Source: Curvularia clavata
Lineage: Eukaryota
Length of the DNA: 64,000 bases
Assembly: GCA_023920165.1 (NCBI GenBank)
Contig: CP089275.1
Location: 372,001-436,000 of the forward strand
Reading direction: 5' to 3'
Made by a program: the position numbers and the translations under genes. Positions 39,222 to 52,340 of this stretch are shown here, piece after piece (the stretch's first letter is position 1; every line of letters starts with the position of its first letter). A model generated the notes under the pieces. The model searched no databases. It was given only the letters and a program-made list of their open reading frames with translations, and had not been told where the DNA came from.

Positions 39222-40274
39222 TCATGTATTATTACGAAGCTCACCGAGTTCAATCTCTCGTCTCCTCTCCTCACGACTCAAATTCCTCGAGTGACTACTT
39301 TGGCCACGGGTACTCTCGGCACGGTTGTCGCTTCTGCCTCGATCCTGCCACTGCAGCCAAGCCTGCTGTTCGCCGAGACTCCGTGGCCTACTATTTGCCC
39401 TCTCGCGGTTCCTATCGGAGTGTGCCTGGGCTGGTGAGCCTACCAGCTCTTGGCTATGTGCTTCTCTTTCGATCTGCTCTGGGTCTTCTGGAAGATCAAT
39501 CCTAAAGGTGCTGTTTGCGTCTGGGCTGGGTCTCGAGTCTGATTTGTGTAGGAGAAGGGCCATTTGTTGGTTTACGCGGTCGTCTTCGGTGTACACGACG
39601 GGCGGGGGTTGCGAGGGCGTGTGGACGGCGGTTGGGTACATGTTTGTGACAAAATTGTTGTAGTAGGATTGCTCTGACCATACGTTGGTGCGGGCGTCGG
39701 GCTGTTGCAGCACGGGCTTGTTGAGGTGGCGGAATGTGTGGATGCATAGGGCTGCGTAGGTGAGGGTTGCGGCGGCACTCAAGACTGTGCCGGTTGTGGC
39801 AGAGGTGCCCCACTGGTATGCGCGCGACGACAGGAAGTTGTAGGCGATGGAGATGAGGCCGAGGGCAGAGGAGGTGAGAGCAGGTCTGTACAGTCGTCAG
39901 CATTTTGCTTGGTGTTGTAGAGCCTTTGTGGTTGCGCACAGGAAGACGCCTTCAGCCTGGAAGCGCTTATTGCGACAGGCGAAGCAGAGCAGCGCCGTGA
40001 ACGAGTAACCGGCGGTCAGCAACGCGACGACGAATACCGAGAGAACAGCGTCTGTGAAACGTAGCTGGGCGTCTTTGGCGTACAGTCCGGGCAGAATGAG
40101 ATAGCTGAGGGTATGTTTTAGTTTACATGTGACTGAGACAGACTACTGTACGCACCCTCCTAGTATCATCCATGAGGCTGCCAGGGCAATCAGGCGCCAG
40201 TACCACGGCGTGCTCTCGCTTTCCTCCTGGCCATAGCTCTGGATAGTGACATAGCTGTTGTTGGCGGAGCGCAT
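39222..40274 (-). CDS. Hypothetical membrane protein (about 4 TM helices, disordered C-terminal tail)
   Basis: Introns 40155-40105 and 39939-39886 join hydrophobic segments (LAASWMILGGYLILP, VFVVALLTAGYSFTALLCF); start tentative. Confidence 0.78.
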
Positions 40275-42549
40275 TGGACTGGCGGTTTTGCGCCTGAGAT
40301 AGTGGGGAGCGGGCAGCGGCCTCGTCGCGCACTTCAGACGGTTGCTGACGTCTTGCCCGCGAGCAGTTGGGACAAGATGCTCATGCAGGACGCGAGGATG
40401 CGGGCAAACGAGCGACTGAGGCAAGTGCCTTTAGGTAGTATTCCCGTCTTGTCTGGTCTTTTCTTCAACACAGCCAGACGCGCACAGCACGTCGCTTCGG
40501 TCCGACCAGGTGCAGATGCAGCCGGGAGTGCACGGCGCAACGGTTTCCACGCAGCGGGCGGGCCACGAACAAAGACAAGCAGCGAGCGACGGGCGTCAAA
40601 GGGCTTACGGGCGAGAGAGTTTGCAGTCGGTGTACGAGTAGGAAGAGTGCAGCAAGGAATTTGCAGAGACACAGGCTGAGCAAAGACGAGCAAGGCACCA
40701 GCGTGCCGGTACTGTGCTAAGGCGGAGGACGACAGCTGCATACACACTCAGCCACTGGACCGTCATCACCGCCCCATGCATGCGAACAACGCCCCGGTCG
40801 ACACGAGACGCCAGACTCTGCTGCAACGCTCCCTGCGCCTGATCGCGGAGCGCAACCAGCCTCTCTTTGTTCGCTCTTGTGCGCGCCAGCCTAGCCTTGC
40901 ACCAGCCTCTGGATTCCCCACTGCCAGCCAGCCAACTTGCCTCGACCGTGCCGCAATTCGTCTCTGTGTGCGGCTTATTTAGCCAGTAGCCTGCCCGTTG
41001 CACCGCTGACGGCCTGCTGTCATCGTATTCTTTTTTCGGTAGACGCTATACTATCGCCGCCCTGGACCATGACGTCTGGCTCCTCCATGCCTGAGCGAGT
41101 CGTCAACGACGTTACCGCCATGCATGTGAGAGCAGCTCAGCACCACTTTCTAGTTGCGGCTGTGTTGAGCACAACCATTGGCCCTTGCTCTCCGCCCGTT
41201 GCCACACCAAGTGGCTGTTCAACAGCTCTGTGGCTTTCTCCGCCGGCTCTCGCGTCTCCGTGCCTCTGACTATTGCCAAGTCAGTAACCAAAACTGGTCT
41301 GAGCTGGTCCACGATGAATTTCTATTCTTGCACTCTCCGCTCCCCGTTGGCAAGCACTAGTCAGCAAGACATGCCTGTGGCCCGAGCTCCTCTGGGACTC
41401 CCGAACGCGCTAACTCCCCAAATGCGGGGACACCGACACTAGAAAATCCTCAACTCAATTGAAGTCAGGATCTTGGCCTTACTGACCCCTCTGAAATACA
41501 CTGTATCTTTTTCAGCTCACAAGCTTATTACCATCAACCAGGATTTCTCAAATAGAAATTTCCAGTCATATAATGAACATCGTGACGGCTGCCATCTCTA
41601 TATAAACCCATTTTTGGACTACCGCCTGCTAAGCTATACTAAATCTCCTACTACAGTTGTCAGTTCTACGTGAACCTCCTGTACGACGACAGCGTACTAG
41701 ACTATACAGGACACTCGCCCATGGGGTACGTCAAGCCTAGTCTAATAAAGTGGGTAGAAAAGGGACCTAGCTCTGCGCTACAGTTTTCTGACACTGAGGT
41801 ATACCTAGCCATACGACATGGTGGTACCTTTTACGTTTACAACTCTATCGGCATGGCTTCGCGATAGGTAAGGGAGGGTATACGCTTGATTCTAACAGGA
41901 TAGTCGAAGTTAGACATTTTTACGATGAACTTGCCGAGCACTTATTCCTCCTATAGAATGATACACCACTGGTCCTGTGCTTTTGCTCATATTGATGTTC
42001 TCCCGTATGTACGATGATGGGACCTCGACCGAGGAACCTCGCCATGATCTGCAAGAGAGTAATAGGACAGAGGAATACCTGGCGGAACGCCTTTTGCTAA
42101 GACCTGACTTGCCGTATCTATGCCTATCGAGTGCTATGGTTAGTTGAACAGAGAACTAGCAAGGCCACCCACTGCCACGCGTCAAAACACAAATTGCCCA
42201 ACAAGGGCGTTAGCTGGAACAAAAGTCACAGAATTTGTTAGCGCGGTGTGCCGTATTAGGTATAGTCGTGGTGTACCATGATTCAGCTAGATCATACAAT
42301 AATTATGCTAAGATAAGTTGCGATTAAATCTATCCTCTGGGTGGTCTGGAATTAGCCTGTCCGTTGGACCGTAAAACTTCGTCCGTGTGATTCACGTATT
42401 CCACCTTTCTAATGTTCCTAAATCATTCTTGCTGTTTCAAGGGTGACTAAAGCTCGTTCGACAACACCTATAAAGTTGAAGACATCGTTATACATGGCGA
42501 GTATAGGAAATCAAGTTCAACAAACACTTCAATACAAGGACGGAATTTC

Positions 42550-43695
42550 ATGGCAAACTTCAGCATTTTGATCCACGGTGCGACAGGTGAGACAGGAGGT
42601 GAGATTATTGAAGGGCTGTTGAATGATGGTAGCTATGTACGTTGCATAAACGTCCACCGACGTGTGTCTTCTAAAAGCCAACACAGAGCATCTCAGCACT
42701 CGTGCGACCTCAATCGGCGGAGAAGCCAGCTGTCAAGGCACTTGAGACTCGGGGTATCAAGATCGTGCTCGCAGACACAGCCAAACAAAACGCGGAAGAG
42801 CTTGCTACCTTACTCCACGGATACGATGCCATTCTCAGTGCTGTGGCAGCAGAAGCTCAGCTAGAGCAACTCGTCCTCGTTGACGCAGCTGCAAAGGCGG
42901 GAATAAAGCGCTTCGTGCCCTGCGGGTTCACCACTGTCTCACCCCCAGGCGGTGTGATGGACCTCCGCAACCAAAAGGAGCGTGTTCATGAGCGGATATG
43001 GTACCATCATATACCATACACCATCATCGACGTAGGCTTCTGGTATCAGTTTTCGTGGCCGGTGGTACCATCAGGCCGCTTGGATCATGCGAACCTGCTA
43101 CCGAACACCACCATCTACGGCGATGGGAACGCCCCCAATATACTGACCGATAAACGCGACATTGGAACCTTTGTCGCACGAATCCTTAAAGACGAGCGAA
43201 CACTAAACAAGCGCGTCTTTACGTGTTCTGAGGTCCTCAGTCAAAACCAAGTTTATGCCCTCATGGAGGAAAAGACTGGGGAGAAGATTCAACCCTCTCA
43301 AGTAAGTGAGACCCTGGCCCTTGTATTCATTCCGCCTGCCATTTGTATTAACACTCTGAAAGAAATCTGAAAAAGAAACTATGGCCATGATGGTCGAAGC
43401 AAAGGCAGCACACGAGGCTGACCCAACCAACCCGATCAAGTATTTTGGCTTTTTGGATACGCAATATGCTGTCAGCAAGTATGTACTTCGGGACAGTTCT
43501 CCAGAAAACGCAAAGTATCTGGGCTATCTTGACGCTCGGGAGCTTTATCCGGACCTAAAGCCCATCTCTTTTACCACATTTTTGGACGATTTGTTGGCCG
43601 GGAAGGCGATGTTTCATGCAAGCAAGTATCGGGAGATGAAGGCTGTTTTAGAGGGTTCTGTTTATAAGAGCAATGTCGACAATATAGAAATCTAA
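42550..43695 (+). CDS. NmrA-like / isoflavone reductase family NAD(P)-binding protein
   Basis: GATGETG Rossmann motif, AGIKRFVPC, PYTIIDVGFWYQ, DIG.FVARI; two introns. Confidence 0.92.
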
Positions 43696-44619
43696 TAATA
43701 CGTTGGAATTGGGTGATGGACTCAGGAGCCTCTGGAGGTATGGCAATCTACTTATGCAGAGAGTAGTGCACAGACTACAACAGATAAAACCTAATGCAGT
43801 TAAGAACCACAGCAGACTGCACACAGTGCTCCAAAGTCTAATGTCCCTTTAACGTTACTATGGCGCCCCATGAAGTCTTGTACCACACAGATAGCGTCAC
43901 AACGCAGTGAGAATTTTCCTAGGTTCGTCGAGAGTCTGAGTGATGTGCACATCACGGCATGTTTGCGGCATGGTATGCCTTGAAAAAGGAAGAGTTGATT
44001 GGTATCATGCCTCCACTAAATCCCTCGACCAATCTACACGTAACTTTGCAGTTAAAGACTTTACCATCACACTTTGGGCAATATAGTCGCAGTCCTAGTA
44101 CCTATTGTAAATAGATCACATCATTACTATATGATGGCATACACGGGGCCTCCTTATACTGGCTAAAATTGGCAATCACTTCCGCTAGAAGTAGCAACCG
44201 GGATATGAATCCCGGATGATCAGAGCGTCACCCATAGCCTAGTAAGCAACTATACATTCTGAGCGATGCTATAAAATCCTTAGGCTTGTATCAACGCATC
44301 ATGTGGATTACGACGTTAACATATGTTATATAACGACTCTATAATAGACAAGACTCGCTTTCGCTATAAAGATGTATATTATCTCTCAGATGTTAGACAT
44401 ATTAAACTTGAGCTACATGATAATAGAAGTCTTTGAAACCAGGCTCTCTAATCGATTTTTCTACAGCGAAAGTGACTGTTTGTAAGTGAACAGATCGCTA
44501 CACTGATGACTACTGATTGTAAAACGAGATTCACTAGCCCCTGATGCAACCAACTCTGTTTTTCTTCGCAGAACCACTCACTGTACCAACACAGACGTCG
44601 TTCCTGAGACTTTTAATGT

Positions 44620-44992
44620 ATCTTGCCATTACTCGAACGTCAGCCTTTATAGGCGTAAATCCTCGTATAGACTCTTTAAAAATACACTTAACTACAGCCT
44701 CCTCTTCAACCTTATTTGAGCGCTTCGAATTTGGTTCGCAGTCGCGTTAGAGGCGCTTTCCAGCGCGTTAATTAGATAAAGTCTTTTGTGGGACGCTATA
44801 GATAGAAGTAGCACGACTTAGACTTTGAATATGTTTAGACTGGAAATTAAAAAGAGCAATCTGAAGATCTGATTTAGTATAAGGAGTTTGAGTAGCACGT
44901 TGTTAAGACATAACGCGTTGTAGTGTTGACGTCGACGCGCTAGTAAGGCGCTGGCGACTCTTTTGGGTTGGCGACTCGTTTGTGAACTATGT
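44620..44992 (-). mobile_element. Fot1/pogo DNA transposon 5' remnant, RIP-mutated
   Basis: TA + ACATAGTT terminus with repeated GAGTCGCCA; from ATG 44911 reads MS*QRATQ...RATSIYSVPQKTLSN*RAGKRL*RDCEPNSKR...EEEAVV...RGF.P..ADVR.MA (HTH region with TAA stops). Confidence 0.85.
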
Positions 44993-45224
44993 TAACTATA
45001 GGATATTCTAACAAAACTAAGTCTATTTCATTGTGTTATGAAGTGAGTTAATGTAATGACTTCTAGCACCCTATAGTTCTCTGTCAGGGCCCAGCTCGTA
45101 ACAGATAAATATTTTGGTAGGGGCTTGACAAACGTCGGCAACCCGTCCATGAGATACGTCAGTTCTTCTTAGCGCGACGTATAGACACTCCAAACCTATT
45201 TACTAGTCTAAATATACATGTAGT

Positions 45225-46445
45225 TTACTTTTCATCTAGTAATGCGCCCCTCTTCCAAGGCTGAGTACTTGGGAAATCAACTTTGCAGGGAACTGCATCC
45301 TGGTCCCAATATAACGTGGCATGTCTGAACCATGCTGCATATGTTCCATCAGCAACATCCGAACCCTCATTATCCCTCCAAAGACTCCCCAACGTCTCCT
45401 TGTACACGGCCAATATCATTCCATGTGCCAATTTGAAGCCCCAGCTTTTCTGTAGAACTGTCTGAATGATTTCTCTTGCCTTCTTCTGCTGGTCATCTTC
45501 TTTTGCCCCTCGCTCTGGCATCTTCTGTGACATTAACTCGAATTGCGCCCTCCCATTCCAGCCAGTCAAGTCGTTAATGAGCTGGCTTCCGCTCATGAAG
45601 TCAATTCCATATACATGATTCTTAACATAGTCTGGACCATTCCATCCTTCCACTTCGTCGACAAGACCCATAACCATACTGACGACCTGGCCTTGTATGA
45701 TGTAGTCTGTCAACATCTTTCCAGCTTCCTCTTTATTGATCGTAGGCTTGCCTTCTTCCCTTATCTCAAAGGACCCACCCTGTAAAGGAACACCTTTTAG
45801 CAATGGATGTGCGTGCAGTCCCTCGGTATCTGTTCGGCCTTCCCAAAGTTTAAGGAAAAGTCTATGGCAGCGACCGAAGAATTGATTGCCTCTGTTGCAG
45901 GCAAGGAAGTAATTTGTAAGATTCCTTCCATGCTGTTGTGGGCCTCTGTAGCTCAGAACTTCGTAACCAGAAGAGTGGTCTCCGATTGTTTTATTCCACA
46001 GACGATCTATATCGCCAATCTGTATCATCCCGACGTCTGCGTAAATGCCACCATATCTGAGTAACAGAGGCCAGCGGACAAGATCAGATGTGTGCTGCTT
46101 CGCGTATTTTCCACCTATCATGCCATGCACAAAAGCATCGGGAAACAAGGTCCGGTCTTCTATTTCTAGAAAATTTGCGATATTTAAGGCATCGCTAGGT
46201 TGGCAACTAACCACTCGGATCGTCCAGCCCTTTTTCGAAAATCGGCGATGCCAGGTCCGAACGTTGCGCTTCGTGTAAGGGTGTAAGGCGCTAAAGCCAG
46301 CATGCCAGAAGAACCATACGTTCTTCTGGCTGACGACAGGCCTCATACTCTGCAGCTCGGAATCGATCTCTATATCTGGCCGGAGATCGAGGCTTTGATG
46401 CGGAATGGCATGGCAGCCCTCAGGGATAAGGTGGTAAAAGTCCAT
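45225..46445 (-). CDS. Capsular polysaccharide synthesis-like glycosyltransferase (DxD-type, GT32-like)
   Basis: KNVWFFWHAG, NVRTWHRR, QHTSDLVRWPLL..YGGIYADVG, NYFLAC; intronless from MDFYH. Confidence 0.85.
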   Translation of the reverse strand: MDFYHLIPEGCHAIPHQSLDLRPDIEIDSELQSMRPVVSQKNVWFFWHAGFSALHPYTKRNVRTWHRRFSKKGWTIRVVSCQPSDALNIANFLEIEDRTLFPDAFVHGMIGGKYAKQHTSDLVRWPLLLRYGGIYADVGMIQIGDIDRLWNKTIGDHSSGYEVLSYRGPQQHGRNLTNYFLACNRGNQFFGRCHRLFLKLWEGRTDTEGLHAHPLLKGVPLQGGSFEIREEGKPTINKEEAGKMLTDYIIQGQVVSMVMGLVDEVEGWNGPDYVKNHVYGIDFMSGSQLINDLTGWNGRAQFELMSQKMPERGAKEDDQQKKAREIIQTVLQKSWGFKLAHGMILAVYKETLGSLWRDNEGSDVADGTYAAWFRHATLYWDQDAVPCKVDFPSTQPWKRGALLDEK

Positions 46446-46642
46446 CTTGTGATACAAAAGTTGATGTGCTAAGGTGCGTGTGGCTAATTGAACCATCTCA
46501 GGACGGTTCAACACTGATATATGTAGTGACAGTGAGTTAATATGACTCATGCTGAGCAATGCCAAGCAAGGACCCCATCTACCGTGTGCGTGTGTACAAA
46601 TAGAAAAGTCTCCACACAAAGATAAGAACAGACGAATAATTA

Positions 46643-47240
46643 ACGTAGTGGATACCTAGGGTAGTCGCGCAGCCCACCAAACCTTCGCACCTCTATCAGC
46701 ATATAGCTTCACCATAATACGACCATCGCAATATATATCAGTATAATAGATAGATTAGTTACTAGTTAACTATAGTATCTTTCTTACATGTACGCGCATT
46801 ATGGCCAGTCTCTCTACACCCACTGCAGCGCGCTAAAGCCTATCAGCTGATACCTCATCGCTCTCCTCCATGGCGCTGTTCATAAGCAATGCTGATCTGT
46901 CTCACGTTGCGCTAGTAGATCCTCGCCTTCTCCCTTTATAAACACCCCTCGCTTCTATATCTACTTTTTTTTTTACGCTGGCTACGCTTTATCACTATCT
47001 TTTTAGCCTGCTAGAGACCCTCTGCTAGAACAGCTAGTGGAGTAGGTGTACGCAGCTTCACGTCAAGCTTTGATAGAACACTATCTAGCTAGAGAGGCAT
47101 AAGGCCTGCGCCACAGAAGGCAGAGCAGATACCAGCTGAGGTAGACGATCGATCGAAGGCGGCCTTAAACGCTGGTAGAAACTCGAGCTTAGTAATGTGG
47201 TTGATGTGGTTGCGTATCAGGCTCTCCACCTCACGGCTAG
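46643..47240 (-). mobile_element. Fot1/pogo DNA transposon 3' remnant, RIP-mutated
   Basis: HITKLEFLPAFKAAF...GL.P...VLSKLDVKLRTPTP and terminal zinc knuckle RCSGCRETGHNARTC; ends ACGT+TA at 46641-46646. Confidence 0.88.
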
Positions 47241-47758
47241 GTGTAGCTAGCGCGCATCCGTGATTCTGATTAGCTCGCGTCGGATTTTGGCTGCGAAAAT
47301 GGAACGGCAAGCCCATGACTGCAGACCTGGATGCTTCAGGACTGCCTGATTCCTATGGGGATTACTCACGACCCTTAATTGTGGACTCTGTAGCCTAGCC
47401 AGCCGGTAAAGCCAGACATGTCATGTGATGGTCCTAGGCTTACACTTAGCGTTACGAAACGACAACAAAGCAGAAGAAAAAAGAAGCAGAAAAAGCTGCA
47501 GTTGAGATAGCTGCTAAAACTCTGTAATCCATGTGTAAAGAGTGGCAATTGTAATTAGGTTGACTGAAATAAACCCGATCTTCTGAGGGGTGGCCAATTT
47601 CATCATGTGGTCGGAAACCCAACCCTATGTGGCTGGGAACTAGATAGGCTAGCTTATCCCAAAGTTCCTTGAATGTCGATCCATCCATCTTCCCCGGACC
47701 CCAGACTAGCGCATGTCAATGGCTGACAGTTTACTGTGTAGTTTTAAAGCCCACATTG

Positions 47759-47803
47759 CGGGATCGTTCCCGTCACTTATCTACCGTGCCGGGTCCACGG
47801 CCG
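47759..47803. promoter_or_regulatory. Two CGG-N8-CCG Zn2Cys6-type sites with an intervening GATA site (CTTATC), permease promoter
   Basis: CGGGATCGTTCCCG 47759-47772; CGGGTCCACGGCCG 47790-47803. Confidence 0.65.
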
Positions 47804-48054
47804 ACCCCCGCATTTGATCTTATGCGACACATTGATCCCTACTGGGTCGCCTTAAACAGGCTAGCCGTATCAGACTTGTGCAAGATGCCCTGTGCAGGAA
47901 CCTGACCAGGCAGTCCTTCGTGAAGGATATGTATACAGGGCCTTGGACCGCAATTTCCAATCTTTTATCTCGACACTCTCTATGCCTCTTTCACCTCTTT
48001 ACTATCCAATCTTGTATACACCCAGTCTTGTATAATATTTTGGGCCCTCTGACG

Positions 48055-49972
48055 ATGGAGGATAACAAGAAAGAGAAGGTCATCGATATCTCGACCGCTG
48101 GGGACCTCTATCTAGTCGAGACAACGGGCGAGCCTATAGCGGGCCATGTCGGCAATGCAGACGAGCTCCAGCGACATCTGGGAAATCGTCAGCTGCAATT
48201 GATTGCTATTGGTATGTATTTACTAGGTTATCGCAAGAGCCGACGTGAAAAAACGGTGGAAAAGTCTCCGAGTTCTTGCAGGGGCACTTCACTTTGCCAA
48301 TTCTGAGATGTTTACTGACATGTCTCAGGTGGATCCATCGGAACAGCAACCTTCGTCTCCATCTCCAGTGGTCTGCTCAAGGGCGGGCCCGGTTCCCTCT
48401 TCCTCGCCTACACCATCTACACCTGCATGTTGGGATTAGTCAACAACTGCCAAGCCGAAATGAGCTCCTATATGCCCGTTACTGGTGGTTTTATTCGCAT
48501 GTCTGGTAAATGGGTCGACGAGGCTTTGGGCTTCATGATTGGTTGGAGTGAGTCCTGTGTTCGCGGTGAACTAATTGACTATACTAAATTACTGCAGACT
48601 TCTTCATTTACGAGGCCATTCTTGTGCCCTTTGAAATTACCGCACTGAACCTTGTCTTGTCCTTCTGGCGCGATGATATACCCGTGGAAGCCGTCGTGGC
48701 GGTATGCATTGTGCTCTACTTCTGTATCAACGCATTTGTTGTCAAGTGGTACGGAGAGTGCGAGTTTTGGCTTGCCCTTGGAAAAGTGTTCCTCCTCCTT
48801 ATGCTCTTCTCTTTCACCTTCATTACTATGGTCGGCGGCAATCCCAAGCATGACGCGTATGGCTTCCGCTACTGGAAGAATCCTGGCTCTTTCGCTGAAC
48901 ACATTACAACGGGTCCTCTCGGCCGATTCGAGGGTTTCCTTGGTGCCCTGTGGAGTGCAGCTTTTACCGTCGTCGGCCCAGAGTATGTGTCCATGGTTGC
49001 CGGCGAGGTCAAGAGCCCGCGAAAGTACCTCAAGCAGGCGTTCAAGGCAACATATGCGCGTTTCGGTCTATTCTTCATCGGTAGTGCGCTCTGTGTCGGT
49101 ATTGTTATCCCGTACAACAATACAACTCTAGTCGATATCTTCAACGGCAAGGCCGGTGGCGCCGGAACTGCGGCGGCCTCTCCATACGTCATCGCCATGA
49201 ACAGTACTTCTCCCTTCTAAATCCTAACACGAGTACTCTAAAGCTAATTTCTTCTCTAGACCTGGGCATCCATGGCCTTCCACATCTCACCAACGCCCTC
49301 CTCGTAACCTCGATTTTCTCCGCTGGCAACGCCTACACCTACTACGGTACGCGCTCCCTCTATGGCCTCGCCATCGAGGGCCAAGCGCCTCGCTTCCTGA
49401 GAAAATGCACCAAGGCCGGCGTCCCCATCTATTGCCTCTGCATTACGACCCTGTTCCCCTTCTTCGCCTTCCTCAACGCCTCCTCGGGCTCGGCCAAAGT
49501 TCTGACCTGGCTCACCAACATCATTACCGGCGCCCAAATCATCGACTACATTGTCATCTGCATCAACTTCATCTTCTTCTACCGCGCGTGCAAGGCGCAG
49601 GGCCTCGACCGCCGCTCGCTGCCATATTTCGGCCGCTTCCAGCCGTGGTCTGCATATATCCCACTGGCGTTTTTGACGTGTGTGGTTACGTGCTACGGAT
49701 ATACGACGTTCCTCCCAGGGAACTTCACGGTTGACGACTTCTTCACTTACTACATGATGCTGCTGGTGGACCCGGTGCTGTTCATTGGCTGGAAGCTGTG
49801 GAAGAAAACAAAGTTCATTAAAGCGAGCGAGGCGGATCTGGTATGGGATAAACCGATTATTGATGCTTATGAGGATGCACTAGAGGAGGAGAAAGTAGGG
49901 TTCTGGAGGGATGTGGGGAATATGTTTGGGAAGTGCTTCATGAAGAGGAAGAAGGTGGACGAGGAGAAGTGA
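48055..49972 (+). CDS. APC/YAT-family amino acid permease (proline-permease-like)
   Basis: LQRHLGNRQLQLIAIGGSIG, AEM, YGECEFW, GFRYWKNPG, SPYVIAM, TRSLYGLA.EG.AP; introns 48212-48328, 48548-48597, 49204-49259. Confidence 0.95.
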
Positions 49973-50389
49973 GGGACGGAGTGGATGAGGTCCATGACTT
50001 TGTGGAGCTAAACAGAGGATCCGGTGGCATAATTACATTGTATACCTAAATGGGACGTTTGACGTCCACGGAAATCACACGGTTTCAATCCTATAAATGG
50101 GTTCCGCTCGCTACTCTTGCTAAGCATTGAATTTGACCAGAATGCTCCGACCAGGGCTCTACACTTTCGCAACATTGCATCCCACCCCATGGTAAACTTT
50201 TGAAGAACTGGATTTGAGGTCCTCGTGCGGAGCTAGCTTTGATTAGGCACAATGTTCGCTGCTCGCAGCCACCCAATCCGCCAGCCCTCAAGTCCTAGCG
50301 CGGGAACGACGCATGTCACGCATCACAATCAGCGCGGAGCCTCCGATTGCCAGCCTGCATCTCTCCGCGTCCGCGAATATGCGGCCACT

Positions 50390-50403
50390 CGGGTGGCATT
50401 CCG
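50390..50403. promoter_or_regulatory. CGG-N8-CCG site, aminotransferase promoter
   Basis: CGGGTGGCATTCCG. Confidence 0.65.
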
Positions 50404-50568
50404 GGCATACAGCTCGAATCCCACATACATTGCCCCGACGCCCAACACGGCTAGAGCATAGTCCAGTATACATGTATACATATATACAAGTGCAAAATCC
50501 GTGTGTACCTCCTGTTTCCGCGACATCTTTGTAGCGACTTTCTATCAGGGCTTTCTGCAATTACAAAC

Positions 50569-51900
50569 ATGTTCCGCAGCGTTCCCCCCAGCCCCGCAGA
50601 CCCCGTGTATCTCCTCTCGCAGCAGGTACGCGAGGACACGGCGCCTGAGAAAGTTGACCTTGGCGTTGGCGTGTATAGGAATGAGAGGGGGCTGTATCAC
50701 GAGCTGAGGGCGTTGGGGGCGGTTTGTACGCCAGTCAAAATTGGTAATTCAAGTCTAATCACAAAGGGCACAGGCAAAGCGTATCCTCGCACAGCAAGAC
50801 GCGAATCACGACTACGAAGTGACAACGGGCAGCGCGGCGTTCCTGACTAACGCTGCAAAAGTGCTATTCGGATGGGAGGCAGATATTCTGTCTTCGGGGA
50901 GAGTGACTTCTGTACAGGCCATCTCAGGCACGGGTGCCATCCACCTCGGCGCCCTCTTCCTCGCCCGTACGCCCTCATTCCAAGGAAAGAAAGTCTACAT
51001 CGGGACCCCAGCGTGGGGAAATTACGTACCGCTGTTCAACCTCGTTGGCTTCGAAGTGGTGACGTACAGGCACTACGATGTCTCGACCGGAACAGTGGAC
51101 TTTGACTCGGTGCTTACAGCGACGAGAAGCGCAGATGCAGGGAGCATATTCGTGCTACAGGGATGCTGCCACAACCCATCTGGTGCCGACTTCTCGCTCG
51201 CGCAGTGGGATAGGCTCGCCGATGAGATGCAGGCGAAGAAGCTGTTCCCGCTGTTCGACATGGCATATCAGGGGCTAGGTGCGTCGCTGGATGAAGATGC
51301 ATATGGTCTGCGATTGTTTGCGGGCAGGAACTTGGAACTCCTCGCTTGTCAGTCTTTTTCGAAGAACTTTGGATTGTATGGGGAGAGGGTAGGTGTGCTG
51401 CATGCTGTGAGTCAGGATGCGGATGTTGCGGCGAGGGTGTATGAGAGATTGAGGTGCTTGATTCGGTGGGAGTTCTCGTCCAGTCCGGCGTATGGCGCGC
51501 GACTAGTGAACATTATACTCAGCGACAACGAATTGCGACAGGACTGGCAAACAGAATTAGCGCAGATTCAGAAGCGGCTTGCCGACAATAGAAAAGCACT
51601 GCACGCGGAGCTGGTTGAGAAGCGTAGTGTGAGTATTTCCCATTGCCCTCACTTGATGGCATTTCGCTGATTCGAATATGTCCAAAGGCTCCAGGCAACT
51701 GGAGCTCGATCCTCTCGTCAAATGGCCTGTTCTGTTTCCTTCCGCTGAGCCCCCAGCAATGCGAACGGCTTGCCGCTGAGTTCCACATCCACATGCTACG
51801 GAACGGGCGCATCAACGTGGCCGGGCTGAACCGGAGCAACATGGATCACGTAGCTTCGGCACTCGTGAAAGTGATGAGCTCACCGTTCTCACGCTTGTGA
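50569..51900 (+). CDS. Class I PLP aminotransferase (aspartate aminotransferase family) with PTS1 -SRL
   Basis: KVDLGVGVYR, SGTGA, HNPSG, DMAYQG, SFSKNFGLYGERVG (PLP Lys), GRINVAGL; introns 50722-50773 and 51629-51687. Confidence 0.95.
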
Positions 51901-51969
51901 GTCTACATGTTAACAAGCCAGATAGCTCGTAATGGCGATATCTGGGCAGCACCGATGCAATGTGAGGAT

Positions 51970-52007
51970 CGGGAGCGTGCCCGACATGTTGCTCGGATGG
52001 GCAGCCG
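51970..52007. promoter_or_regulatory. Two CGG-N8-CCG sites upstream of the Zn2Cys6 regulator
   Basis: CGGGAGCGTGCCCG 51970-51983; CGGATGGGCAGCCG 51994-52007. Confidence 0.65.
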
Positions 52008-52340
52008 GTGGCCCATGCACGCGCTAGAATTAAAAGTGCCGTAATAGTATGCTGAGGGAACAATATCCCGCAAGTAGATTCAAACTTGCAGGCTGCATAT
52101 CAGATGACGTGTGAATTCGAAGGACCTCTCGTGAGGGAGCGTTTGTTGAAGGAAACGGAGAACTGTAGAAAGCTCAGATTAGAGAATGAGTCGCGCTAGA
52201 TAGCCACATTCCACTAGCGTTGGACTTCCCCGCAAATTGCCATCTCGTAACGTGACGCTTGACCTCATCTCAGGCCACGCCGCCTATAGTTGTATACCGT
52301 GAGTTCGTTGCATTGCTGCAGCTAGCCATGTGACACGTTT

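Noticed and set aside
41480..42200. TpA-rich stretch that may be a RIP-decayed gene or TE relic
   Set aside because: No motif or terminus could be recognised; needs tBLASTx
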